A stretch of 53,284 nucleotides of DNA from Desulfuromonas sp. SDB (lineage in GTDB: Bacteria; SDB-A), in NCBI GenBank assembly GCA_001412365.1, contig LKUE01000209.1, forward strand, positions 1 through 53,284, written 5' to 3'. The translations under genes were made by a program, and so were the position numbers. Shown piece after piece: positions 45,791 through 53,284 of the stretch. How positions within the stretch are numbered: position 1 is the stretch's first letter; each line of letters opens with the position of its first letter. The notes under the pieces are model-generated. The model worked only from the letters and a program-made list of their open reading frames with translations, was not told where the DNA came from and ran no database searches.

Positions 45791-46783
45791 TTAATAAATT
45801 GGAGATAAATCAACAAACCAGATAAATCCCCGGGGAATTCTTCCTGCATGGGCTACAAATAACAGGCTATCTCCCCGGGCTAGTCTTTCCGCAGGGGAAG
45901 TTTCACTGCAGGTTGCCACCACCTGCCCTTCCCGGTCAACTGCTATAACTCCCTGAACATCTGCAGCCACCAAGATGAAATCGCCAAAACCGACAAGATC
46001 GTAAGCGGGAAAATCAATTATATTTTTTACCACTTCCGGTTCATGGGGGTTGCTGACATCAACAAGGTACAATCCTTCACTTTCTCCAGCAACAAAAAGC
46101 ATGGAATCAACTAACACCATATCCGCTATTGCTGGCAGATCTTCCAGTTGGGATAATTTTTCAAAATTACTGTCATTAAACCTGAATAAAAATAATTCTT
46201 TGCTGTCCCAACAGGCTGCAAATATTATATTATTCCCCATTTCCACCGAGGATACTGTTCCTGATAATCCTACCTTATCCAACAAGGAAAACTTTAAGTA
46301 ATCATTATCTGAATCTTGTCTGTAATACGCCTGCAATCCTGCTTTTCCTGCGGCACAGAAAACAAAGTTATCCGTAATTTCTAAATCAAAAGCAAAAAAA
46401 TTTGAATCATTGCTGTCAATCAGTCTACCTACTGCTCTGAAATTCTCTCCGCTTAGGTCAACAAATAAACCTCCATCCGAACCTTCCATTATTATCAGGT
46501 ATTGGTCAATAATTTTAAGATCCCTGACCAAATACCCCTCTCTGGTCAGATGACCGATTTTTGAATTTGATGGGTCTGCAGAAAGATCCCAAGCCTCAAC
46601 AACCTGTTTGCTCAAGCCATCAAAAGTGGCAAATAACAAACTGTCCTTGGCTGCAATTGAAGAACAGGTTCCGGTAATTGAATCCACTACATTTAGATTC
46701 ACCGGTTCAGTTTCTACCGGAGAAGAACAGGAAATCAACAGCAGATTAAACAAAATTGTCATTATCAGAATATTTCTAATCAT
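45791..46783 (-). CDS. LVIVD-repeat beta-propeller lipoprotein
   Basis: Start taken at ATG 46783 (MIRNILIMTILFNLLLISCSS, lipobox LISC). The ORF extends to 46822. LVIVD-type repeats are present, for example GLYLVDVSNPHEPEVV and VIAVDREG. Confidence 0.7.
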   Translation of the reverse strand: MIRNILIMTILFNLLLISCSSPVETEPVNLNVVDSITGTCSSIAAKDSLLFATFDGLSKQVVEAWDLSADPSNSKIGHLTREGYLVRDLKIIDQYLIIMEGSDGGLFVDLSGENFRAVGRLIDSNDSNFFAFDLEITDNFVFCAAGKAGLQAYYRQDSDNDYLKFSLLDKVGLSGTVSSVEMGNNIIFAACWDSKELFLFRFNDSNFEKLSQLEDLPAIADMVLVDSMLFVAGESEGLYLVDVSNPHEPEVVKNIIDFPAYDLVGFGDFILVAADVQGVIAVDREGQVVATCSETSPAERLARGDSLLFVAHAGRIPRGFIWFVDLSPIY

Positions 46784-48194
46784 TGGTCCCTCGCTGAATT
46801 TTTTTTCTTCTTTGATAAGCATCTAGACGTGCTCCGTTTTTACTTTTCAATTTAAACTCTTCACTCCTCAACATATCGCTATTACCTGGATGCCTGCGGT
46901 AATGATAGAGTACTTGCGGTATTCTCAGCAACTTGTATTTTTCAGTTACCTTCAACACCATATCGTAATCTTCACCATAATTACAATAATCTTTTTCATC
47001 AAAACCGCCCATTTCCTGGATTACTGACTTTCTCCAGACTCTAACTGCTCCTGCTCCATCTACCCTTAGAATATTGTTCACTGAATATTCCAAATGCTTA
47101 ACTACCCCCATCTCTTCTATGATCTGATCATCTGGATCAATTAAATCATAGAAGCTAACTGCCAATCCTGCAGATAAATCCTGGTCCAATGATCTGGTAA
47201 TTACCTCCAGAGTTTGGGGCAGATAAACATCATCAGAATCCAACTGGGCGATGTATTCTCCTCGGGAGATTTTAATTCCTTGATTTAAAGCCCGGGCAAT
47301 TTTATTTTCAGTTAGTTTCACCAGCTTAATCCGCTTATCTTTTTTTTGCCAACTTTCCACTACCTCCACCGTATGATCGGTTGAGTTGTTGTCCACCACA
47401 ATTAATTCCCAATTCTGCATAGCCTGGGCGACCACACTGGCAATGGCTTTATTTAATAGTTCTGCCCGGTTATGAACCGGGACAACCACTGATACTTTCA
47501 CCGGATAATTTAAGTTAAGCTGAGGAACACTCTGGGCAGGTTCTTCAGCAAAATAAATTCCTTCCCTGTGCAAGAAATCAAAAAATATTTTCTCGGTTTC
47601 TGCATTAATTTCAGGAGGGTAGTACAGATAAGAAAAACCTCCTAAATCTCCCTGGGCAGGAAAAAATAACTTGTTTTTCAAATTAGTGTTATTCTCATTT
47701 TCACCATCTGCACGGTTGGAGTAATAGTAATAGAGAACTTGGGGTATTCTAAATATTTTATTTTGATTCCAAAATCTCAATTGGAGGTAGTAGTGAAACA
47801 TAAATTTATAGTGGAAGGGAAATCCCCCCATAGCTTCAATTTGTTTGAAATTGTAAAATCTTAATTTTCCAAAATTCCATCTCTCCGTCCAGTCATTGGA
47901 GTAATCTAACAATTTTATTTCCTGCTGATCCCAGTAATCAGAATATACTATTGAAGCTTCAGGTCTACGGGTAAACTCTTGTTCCACCCGGTCCAGTGCC
48001 CCTGGTTTAAGCACGACTCCATCCACCAGCACCCCAAAATATCTCCCTTTAAGTTTACGGTAAAATTCATGAATGGAGTTAATATCTATTCGGTCAGCTT
48101 GATGAATCTCATCTTGATGTAAATTTACCGCTTCTTTCAATCTTGAATAATTTTCATGTCCGTATTGTTTGCTTACCAGAATGGAAAACCTCAT
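46776..48194 (-). CDS. Family 2 glycosyltransferase with an extra N-terminal GT-like domain
   Basis: 472 aa. The C-terminal half carries the GT2 signature VSVVVPVHNRAELLNKAIASVVAQ...ELIVVDNNSTD and a DSDD motif. The N-terminal ~230 aa are only loosely GT-like. It overlaps both neighbours by 4-8 nt. Confidence 0.8.
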   Translation of the reverse strand: MRFSILVSKQYGHENYSRLKEAVNLHQDEIHQADRIDINSIHEFYRKLKGRYFGVLVDGVVLKPGALDRVEQEFTRRPEASIVYSDYWDQQEIKLLDYSNDWTERWNFGKLRFYNFKQIEAMGGFPFHYKFMFHYYLQLRFWNQNKIFRIPQVLYYYYSNRADGENENNTNLKNKLFFPAQGDLGGFSYLYYPPEINAETEKIFFDFLHREGIYFAEEPAQSVPQLNLNYPVKVSVVVPVHNRAELLNKAIASVVAQAMQNWELIVVDNNSTDHTVEVVESWQKKDKRIKLVKLTENKIARALNQGIKISRGEYIAQLDSDDVYLPQTLEVITRSLDQDLSAGLAVSFYDLIDPDDQIIEEMGVVKHLEYSVNNILRVDGAGAVRVWRKSVIQEMGGFDEKDYCNYGEDYDMVLKVTEKYKLLRIPQVLYHYRRHPGNSDMLRSEEFKLKSKNGARLDAYQRRKKIQRGTND

Positions 48195-50347
48195 CGGGGA
48201 TAAACCCCCTGGTCTACTTTTTCATAAATTCGGGCAGTACTTAACACCTTGGGCACATATGCCCTGGTTTCCATAAAAGTTATCCCATCAATAAAATCTT
48301 CTTCCCCTAAATTATCCTTCCACCTGGCAGCATTTCCCGGACCGGCATTATAGGCAGCAATAGCAACTTCCATCCGGTCAAAGTAAGAATATTGAGAAGA
48401 CAGATAATAAGCGCCCATGTGAATATTGTGGTCAGGATCGGTTAAGCTGTAGTTAATCCATCCCAGGGTCTGGGCAATCCCCTGGGCAGTGGAAGGCATC
48501 AGCTGAGCCAGTCCGGTGGCTCCCGCCCAGGATTTTATCTGATGATCAAATAAACTTTCGGTACGAATGAGACCCTGGAGTACACTCACCGGCAGGTTGT
48601 ATTTATGGGCATAGCCTTCAATAATTAACCGATAAGCTTGGGGATAGAGTATGAAAAATAAGTCGGAAGGAAGTTTATCCGGGCAGTAACTTTTCAAACC
48701 ATAAGCAGTGCTAATTGCCCTGTACCGATCTAATCCACGATCCGCAGTGAAGGCGATTAAAAATCTTTCCCGGGGATTTAAGTCACTGGTGGCAGCTAAT
48801 TCACTTCGGGCAATATCTCTTAGCCCCGCTGCATATAGTAATTTGGCTTTTTCACAATGGAGACGGACTTCATCCCTGATTGAATATTGGGAAAACAAAT
48901 CTTCACAACTCACTGAAAAATCAACGGGCAAAGGCAGGGGAGAAATTCCCATGTCCAATAATTTATTTTCAGCTCTGCGGCTGAATTCGTTCCAGTAATC
49001 ATATTCAATTATTCTTTTGTAGATTTTTTCGGTAGTACCGGGATCACATAATTCAGCTGCGCTGTAGATTACCGGTATAATTTGATCAGACAGGGGACGG
49101 TTTAAATAATCCCCGACTAATTCCAGTTTCTCCTCTCTATCCAGAATATTCCACAGCAGGTTAAATGCGGGGGCAACCATGTCATTGGAATGGGGAGAAT
49201 TGAGTATTTCCTGCAGATGTCTAACTGCATCTGCAGTGTCCTGCTGTTGCAGGGAAATTTTAGACAGGTAATATAATCCGTCATCGTATAAATTTCCCTG
49301 ATTGCATTCGGAAATAAAAGTTCCCCACAGCTGTTTTTCCTGTTGGGTACGGTTCAACGATTGATAGCAGAGTCCAATATTGTAAAGTGCTTTGCACCTC
49401 CATTCTCCCCTGGCTGCCTGCTGAAGATATTCCAAAGCTTCAGGATAATTATTAATTTTTCGATAAGACCTGCCTAAAAGATAGTTCGCTTCATTGCTAT
49501 TTGGATGGTCATGGAGATATTGGTTAAGTAAATTAATCACAGACTGATATTCCCGCCGGGAACTCAGTGCTCTTGCCCTGGCTAAGCTATCTGCCTGCCC
49601 TATCCGGATTAAATAATTCCAGGCACTGTCCGAATAGGAGTTAGATTTAGAAAGTAAGGGAGTGAAATAAAAACTTGCTGAATTATAATCTCCACTTTGA
49701 TAATAAATTTTCCCCAATAAATAGTTAACATGATCGGAAGGATAAATTTCCTTTAAAAATCTCAATGCTTCCTGGTAGTTTTCTTTTTGTAAGTAAATCT
49801 GTCCCATTAACTCGGCAATATCTGAACTCAAATAGTTCTGGTAATTATTGACATATTCTTTTCCAGAATTTATAAACTGTACGCTGTCTGCTGACCTGAG
49901 CAGGGATATCAGGTAGTAGTACTGAACCACATCATCAAGATTATAAATTCTGTTTTGATGCAGCTGTTCACAGGCATTTAATAAAATCTGCTGAGCTTCC
50001 TCATACCGCCGCTGCTCCAGAAGTTCTACTCCATCCATCAATGATGCCAATTCACAATCATAGCTGGGGTTTTGTCTATGGGCTAAAGCTTTAATTTCTA
50101 CAGGAAGCTGATTATAGTCAGCAGTTTGGGATACCCAATACAGGCAGCTATCTAACGCATTTAACTGGTAGTAAATTTTTGAAGCCAAAACTGAAAATTG
50201 ATCGGAATTGACAGAAAAACTGTTTACTTCCCTGAGAAGATATCTAGCCCTGAGATAATCTCCCCGGTCAACCAGCTGTTCAATATCGTTAACAGAAGCT
50301 GAATGCAATGCTATGGGAATCATCAAAATAATCCATAATTTATTCAT
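48191..50347 (-). CDS. Soluble lytic transglycosylase (TPR-like superhelical N-terminus plus SLT domain)
   Basis: 718 aa with a signal peptide. SLT motifs ..ESLFD....S.AGA.GLAQLMP.TA.. and AYNAGPGN are present. Confidence 0.88.
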   Translation of the reverse strand: MNKLWIILMIPIALHSASVNDIEQLVDRGDYLRARYLLREVNSFSVNSDQFSVLASKIYYQLNALDSCLYWVSQTADYNQLPVEIKALAHRQNPSYDCELASLMDGVELLEQRRYEEAQQILLNACEQLHQNRIYNLDDVVQYYYLISLLRSADSVQFINSGKEYVNNYQNYLSSDIAELMGQIYLQKENYQEALRFLKEIYPSDHVNYLLGKIYYQSGDYNSASFYFTPLLSKSNSYSDSAWNYLIRIGQADSLARARALSSRREYQSVINLLNQYLHDHPNSNEANYLLGRSYRKINNYPEALEYLQQAARGEWRCKALYNIGLCYQSLNRTQQEKQLWGTFISECNQGNLYDDGLYYLSKISLQQQDTADAVRHLQEILNSPHSNDMVAPAFNLLWNILDREEKLELVGDYLNRPLSDQIIPVIYSAAELCDPGTTEKIYKRIIEYDYWNEFSRRAENKLLDMGISPLPLPVDFSVSCEDLFSQYSIRDEVRLHCEKAKLLYAAGLRDIARSELAATSDLNPRERFLIAFTADRGLDRYRAISTAYGLKSYCPDKLPSDLFFILYPQAYRLIIEGYAHKYNLPVSVLQGLIRTESLFDHQIKSWAGATGLAQLMPSTAQGIAQTLGWINYSLTDPDHNIHMGAYYLSSQYSYFDRMEVAIAAYNAGPGNAARWKDNLGEEDFIDGITFMETRAYVPKVLSTARIYEKVDQGVYPR

Positions 50348-50401
50348 TTATCCCCCCTGCTTTAGGAAATATTGATTTTTAGAATTTTACTTATAAAAAA
50401 A

Positions 50402-51727
50402 CTAAAGTTCACTATACGGTGGACTCCCCTTGCAGTCAAGGGGTCCATTGCCGGATTTGCCGTATGCACATCTGTGTAGCTGATAACAATTCGCATATTC
50501 ATAGCAAGGTCTTTTTTCCTCCCAGCTTAAAGGGCTAATAGGAGGGGGCGAGAACAATTTTTTTAACTCAACTCCAGGAAAATAATGTTGTAGTATTTCT
50601 TGGAACTTATAGCCATTTACTGCCATCTGCAGTGCTCCTATCTGGCACATCCCCACTCCATGCCCCCAACCTGCCCCCTGTAGTTTAATAGAATCAGTAT
50701 AGAAAGTTAGGTTAAAACAAGCTGAAAACAGGGTTGAGTTTGACAATATTTTCCGAATATTTAGTTCTCCCTTAATCACTGCCTCCCCTTTTTCTCCAAT
50801 TATTTTAATTTCAGTATTGCGGAAGCTCTTATTAATTCTGGATATAAGGATATTTCGAATTTTTCCCACCTCATAATTAAATTGGTGAAGATTTTCTCTG
50901 ATCAACTCTAAATCAATAAATTCAGTCCATCTAAAATAATCTGGTACATATTCAAATCCGGGAATCAAACCCCGGGAAGGAGAACACCAAACCTCAGGGA
51001 AATCACCTTCAATATACTGCTGCCGGGAAATATCCGGAACCCGGTCAACCGGAGCATCCCATTTCCGGATTAGATAGGGATGGGAATTAAATTCCGGCCA
51101 TGCTTCCCCGTATTCCATGGTCAATCCTCCGCAAATTTTGGAAAATCTCAGATCGGCAATTTCATCTTTATAATGCACTACTTGACCTGATGTCTGCATC
51201 ACTGCATTTAATATGCAGCTGCTTTCTCTCAATATCCCCCGGTAATCCTGACAGTGGTCATCTGCGCAAAGATCATAGGGCTGATGGGGATGAGCAGCTT
51301 TCATCATACTCAACGCAGCAGTCCGGGCAACTACCGCATGAAGTTTCAAATATTCTCCGGGAAGATCAGCTTTCATCTCCGAACCAACTACTGAACATAA
51401 ATACTGATCCAGCCCCAGTTCATTAATTATTTGCAGCTTTTTGTTTTCATTTCTGATAATCAATGTCCCTCTGAACGCTTGATCTTCCAGATGCTCCCAG
51501 TGAAAACCTTGTCCTACGGGTATGTCTCTGACTACAAAATAATCATCAACTTTAACCTTGAACAACCGGTATAATTTCCCCCCTACTTCTACCTGATCAT
51601 CTTTGACCTTGACCTTGATATTTTCCAGGTTACCTTGTGGAATTGAAATTACTGCCTGATCACAATCAACTTTTAGAGCAACTTTGATAATGAGATCGTC
51701 ATCAACAGATTCAGATTTATGATTCAA
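50402..51727 (-). CDS. SpoIID/LytB-domain protein (amidase enhancer / lytic transglycosylase family)
   Basis: 441 aa. SpoIID blocks: YL..VV..EM, A.R...., C....CQ.Y.G and GWGHGVGMCQIGA. It carries a Cys-rich C-terminal tail. Confidence 0.8.
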   Translation of the reverse strand: MNHKSESVDDDLIIKVALKVDCDQAVISIPQGNLENIKVKVKDDQVEVGGKLYRLFKVKVDDYFVVRDIPVGQGFHWEHLEDQAFRGTLIIRNENKKLQIINELGLDQYLCSVVGSEMKADLPGEYLKLHAVVARTAALSMMKAAHPHQPYDLCADDHCQDYRGILRESSCILNAVMQTSGQVVHYKDEIADLRFSKICGGLTMEYGEAWPEFNSHPYLIRKWDAPVDRVPDISRQQYIEGDFPEVWCSPSRGLIPGFEYVPDYFRWTEFIDLELIRENLHQFNYEVGKIRNILISRINKSFRNTEIKIIGEKGEAVIKGELNIRKILSNSTLFSACFNLTFYTDSIKLQGAGWGHGVGMCQIGALQMAVNGYKFQEILQHYFPGVELKKLFSPPPISPLSWEEKRPCYEYANCYQLHRCAYGKSGNGPLDCKGSPPYSEL

Positions 51728-52644
51728 GGTGTCACCGCTCCTTCTACAAAATTTATAATCCGTGAATCAGCGTTAATTTCCACTTCCACTCCCAGAGGTA
51801 AAGTAATTTTATCTCTAATATGACCAAATGGAGCATTGAGAAGTATAGGAACACTTAACCTGGATAACCGTTCTTTTACCACTTCCCACAATAAATCTGA
51901 ATTGACCGATTCTGCCCGGACATTTCCTACCACAACTCCGGCTGCCTTGGAAAACTTTCCAGCATCAAACAGATGAGTTAACATCCGATCCACTCGGTAG
52001 GGCTCTTCTCCCACCTCCTCCCAAAAAATAATTCTGTCGGTGGTATCAATTTCCCAATTAGTCCCCAGGGAAGTTTGTATAAGGGAAAGACATCCTCCGG
52101 TTAAAATTCCCCTGGCTTTTCCGGAGTTCATGCTAAAACAGTTATCAGGAAGTTGGAAAACTCCGTATCCATCCGGGGAAGTCAGCATCTTCTTCCAAAA
52201 ATTAAAAGTAAATTTTGACTGGTGCTCACCGAAGTCTGAACTCAGCATGGGACCGTAAAAACTTACCATTTCAGCTTTAAGCATTTTTAAATTTATTACA
52301 GTTAAGTCTGAGAAGCCGCAGAAGATTTTATTAAATTTTTGTAAATTCTCAAAAAAATTATCCAGCTGGGTCAACCGGCTGCATCCATACCCTCCCCGTA
52401 TTCCCATAACTATCTTGGCTTGGGGATCAGTAAATGCCTGCCGAATTCCATTAAATCTTTGCTGATCGGAGGCACAAAGGTAATCATGTTGAATATCCGG
52501 GGAAAAATCAAAATCCCTGACCTTGTATTTATTTTTTTTCAGGAATTTAACTGATTGATAAAACCGGTTGATATGTTTTAAAGGTCCCGCAGGTAATACA
52601 GGAATTATCTCATCGCCCGGTTTAAGCGAATGAGGTTTTTTCAT
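51724..52644 (-). CDS. ldcA: LD-carboxypeptidase (S66, muramoyltetrapeptide carboxypeptidase-like)
   Basis: 306 aa. S66 hallmarks: GIRGGYG, the nucleophile block CGFSDLT, FWEEVGEEPYR.DRML and PFGH. Confidence 0.85.
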   Translation of the reverse strand: MKKPHSLKPGDEIIPVLPAGPLKHINRFYQSVKFLKKNKYKVRDFDFSPDIQHDYLCASDQQRFNGIRQAFTDPQAKIVMGIRGGYGCSRLTQLDNFFENLQKFNKIFCGFSDLTVINLKMLKAEMVSFYGPMLSSDFGEHQSKFTFNFWKKMLTSPDGYGVFQLPDNCFSMNSGKARGILTGGCLSLIQTSLGTNWEIDTTDRIIFWEEVGEEPYRVDRMLTHLFDAGKFSKAAGVVVGNVRAESVNSDLLWEVVKERLSRLSVPILLNAPFGHIRDKITLPLGVEVEINADSRIINFVEGAVTP

Positions 52645-52682
52645 TAAAGATACTTATATCAGTAAGATAATGACCTTATTAA

Positions 52683-53138
52683 TTATTCTATGACCACACT
52701 CACTGAACCACTGCAATCCCATTCTTTCTCATATCCCATGGCATCTTCACCGTAAAGGTGAATGTCCAGGATAATATCCTCGTTTGGATTGTTGGTCATG
52801 TAAGTATGAATTTCAGCAGTAGGAATTGCATAAGCATTGAGTATGCTGTAATTTGATCCAGTAGCAGGTATGACCGAATTGAAATACCTGGTTACATTAT
52901 TAACTCCAGTAATTGATGAACCATCGGATTTTAGAAATCTGAATACTACTTTTAGAAGCCTAGCCTCTACATTATTTTCAACATTGACAGATACAGACAC
53001 TGCACCAGTGGTAGTAGTAGCCACAAAATTGTCAGGAGTAATACTGTATATATTTACTTCCGGTGCCCTTACCAAATTACTACAGCTAAATAAAATGAAC
53101 AACAAGCATACTGCAGTCAATGATACATACCTCTTCAT
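52683..53138 (-). CDS. Hypothetical lipoprotein
   Basis: 151 aa. Leader MKRYVSLTAVCLLFILFSCS (lipobox LFSC) with TAAGGAGG upstream. I recognise no family. Confidence 0.6.
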   Translation of the reverse strand: MKRYVSLTAVCLLFILFSCSNLVRAPEVNIYSITPDNFVATTTTGAVSVSVNVENNVEARLLKVVFRFLKSDGSSITGVNNVTRYFNSVIPATGSNYSILNAYAIPTAEIHTYMTNNPNEDIILDIHLYGEDAMGYEKEWDCSGSVSVVIE

Positions 53139-53284
53139 TCCAACCTCCTTATTTCAAAAATTATACTATAATTCTTTAAATTTTAAAATTATTTTTTAAA
53201 ATCAGTAATATAATTATATAAACCAATTTATATCTTCTTATTTTTATAATCACTTATATTTAATTATTTTTTCATAACTATAAC

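Noticed and set aside
176-53199. About 45 short ORFs (60-111 aa) in the six-frame track that lie inside or antisense to long genes. Examples are 176..391, 1204..1476, 2427..2663, 2991..3206, 4971..5195, 5531..5782, 7152..7412, 9098..9606, 11413..11670, 14131..14331, 16845..17436, 22898..24197, 25918..26352, 26863..27697, 28633..28878, 29230..29451(+), 29721..29954, 31941..32123, 37252..37467, 38517..39428, 39764..40629, 40939..41127, 44002..44652, 44952..45482, 46050..46826, 48708..48998, 51100..51426, 52040..52258 and 52870..53199.
   Set aside because: Each is fully embedded in a much longer ORF that has clear family motifs or operon logic. None has an SD or recognisable motifs, and their low-complexity, odd composition is typical of shadow frames.
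1-53284. CRISPR arrays, rRNA/tRNA genes, transposases, integrases, prophage or IS elements.
   Set aside because: There are no regularly spaced direct repeats. The intergenic spacers are short, AT-rich, and lack tRNA-like GC-rich stems. No ORF shows DDE, tyrosine or serine recombinase or phage structural motifs. This was judged by eye only.

Overview
AT-rich, very gene-dense chromosomal segment with about 39 protein genes. Several neighbours overlap by 4-8 nt, and some apparent overlaps are longer. I found no rRNA, tRNA, CRISPR array, transposase or integrase. The host looks like a Gram-negative bacterium of the FCB superphylum: two proteins end in type-A T9SS C-terminal sorting domains and there is a BamA/TamB pair. 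Cloacimonadota-like is only a guess. Most genes are recognisable housekeeping functions: priA, comEC, serS, pckA, a PPi-type phosphofructokinase, map, an acyl-CoA carboxyltransferase with a biotin carrier, a Lon-like protease, and a peptidoglycan-remodelling operon (LD-carboxypeptidase, SpoIID, Slt). TTG start codons behind strong AGGAG-type Shine-Dalgarno (SD) sites are common (2742, 8909, 10203, 19205, 20958, 39486, 42345). The best candidate for an undescribed system is at 29.6-37.3 kb. It is a translationally coupled trio with no family I can name: a 1265-aa all-helical TPR-like protein, a 1189-aa Gln/Asn-rich coiled-coil protein with an N-terminal 4-Cys cluster and C-terminal TPRs, and a 99-aa Pro-rich mini-protein. 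The trio heads a 12-kb co-directional cluster that ends in an HD-GYP response regulator. Secondary leads are listed below.
- A ComEA-type HhH domain fused to a predicted outer-membrane beta-barrel.
- A Lon-like protease with non-canonical Walker motifs.
- A fungal Lys9-like saccharopine reductase.
- A solo RHH protein with a palindromic operator.
- A 651-bp non-coding gap.
- Shared leader motifs upstream of the T9SS cargo genes.
- Strong gene-to-gene GC swings.
All functional calls rest on motif recognition by eye; no searches were run.
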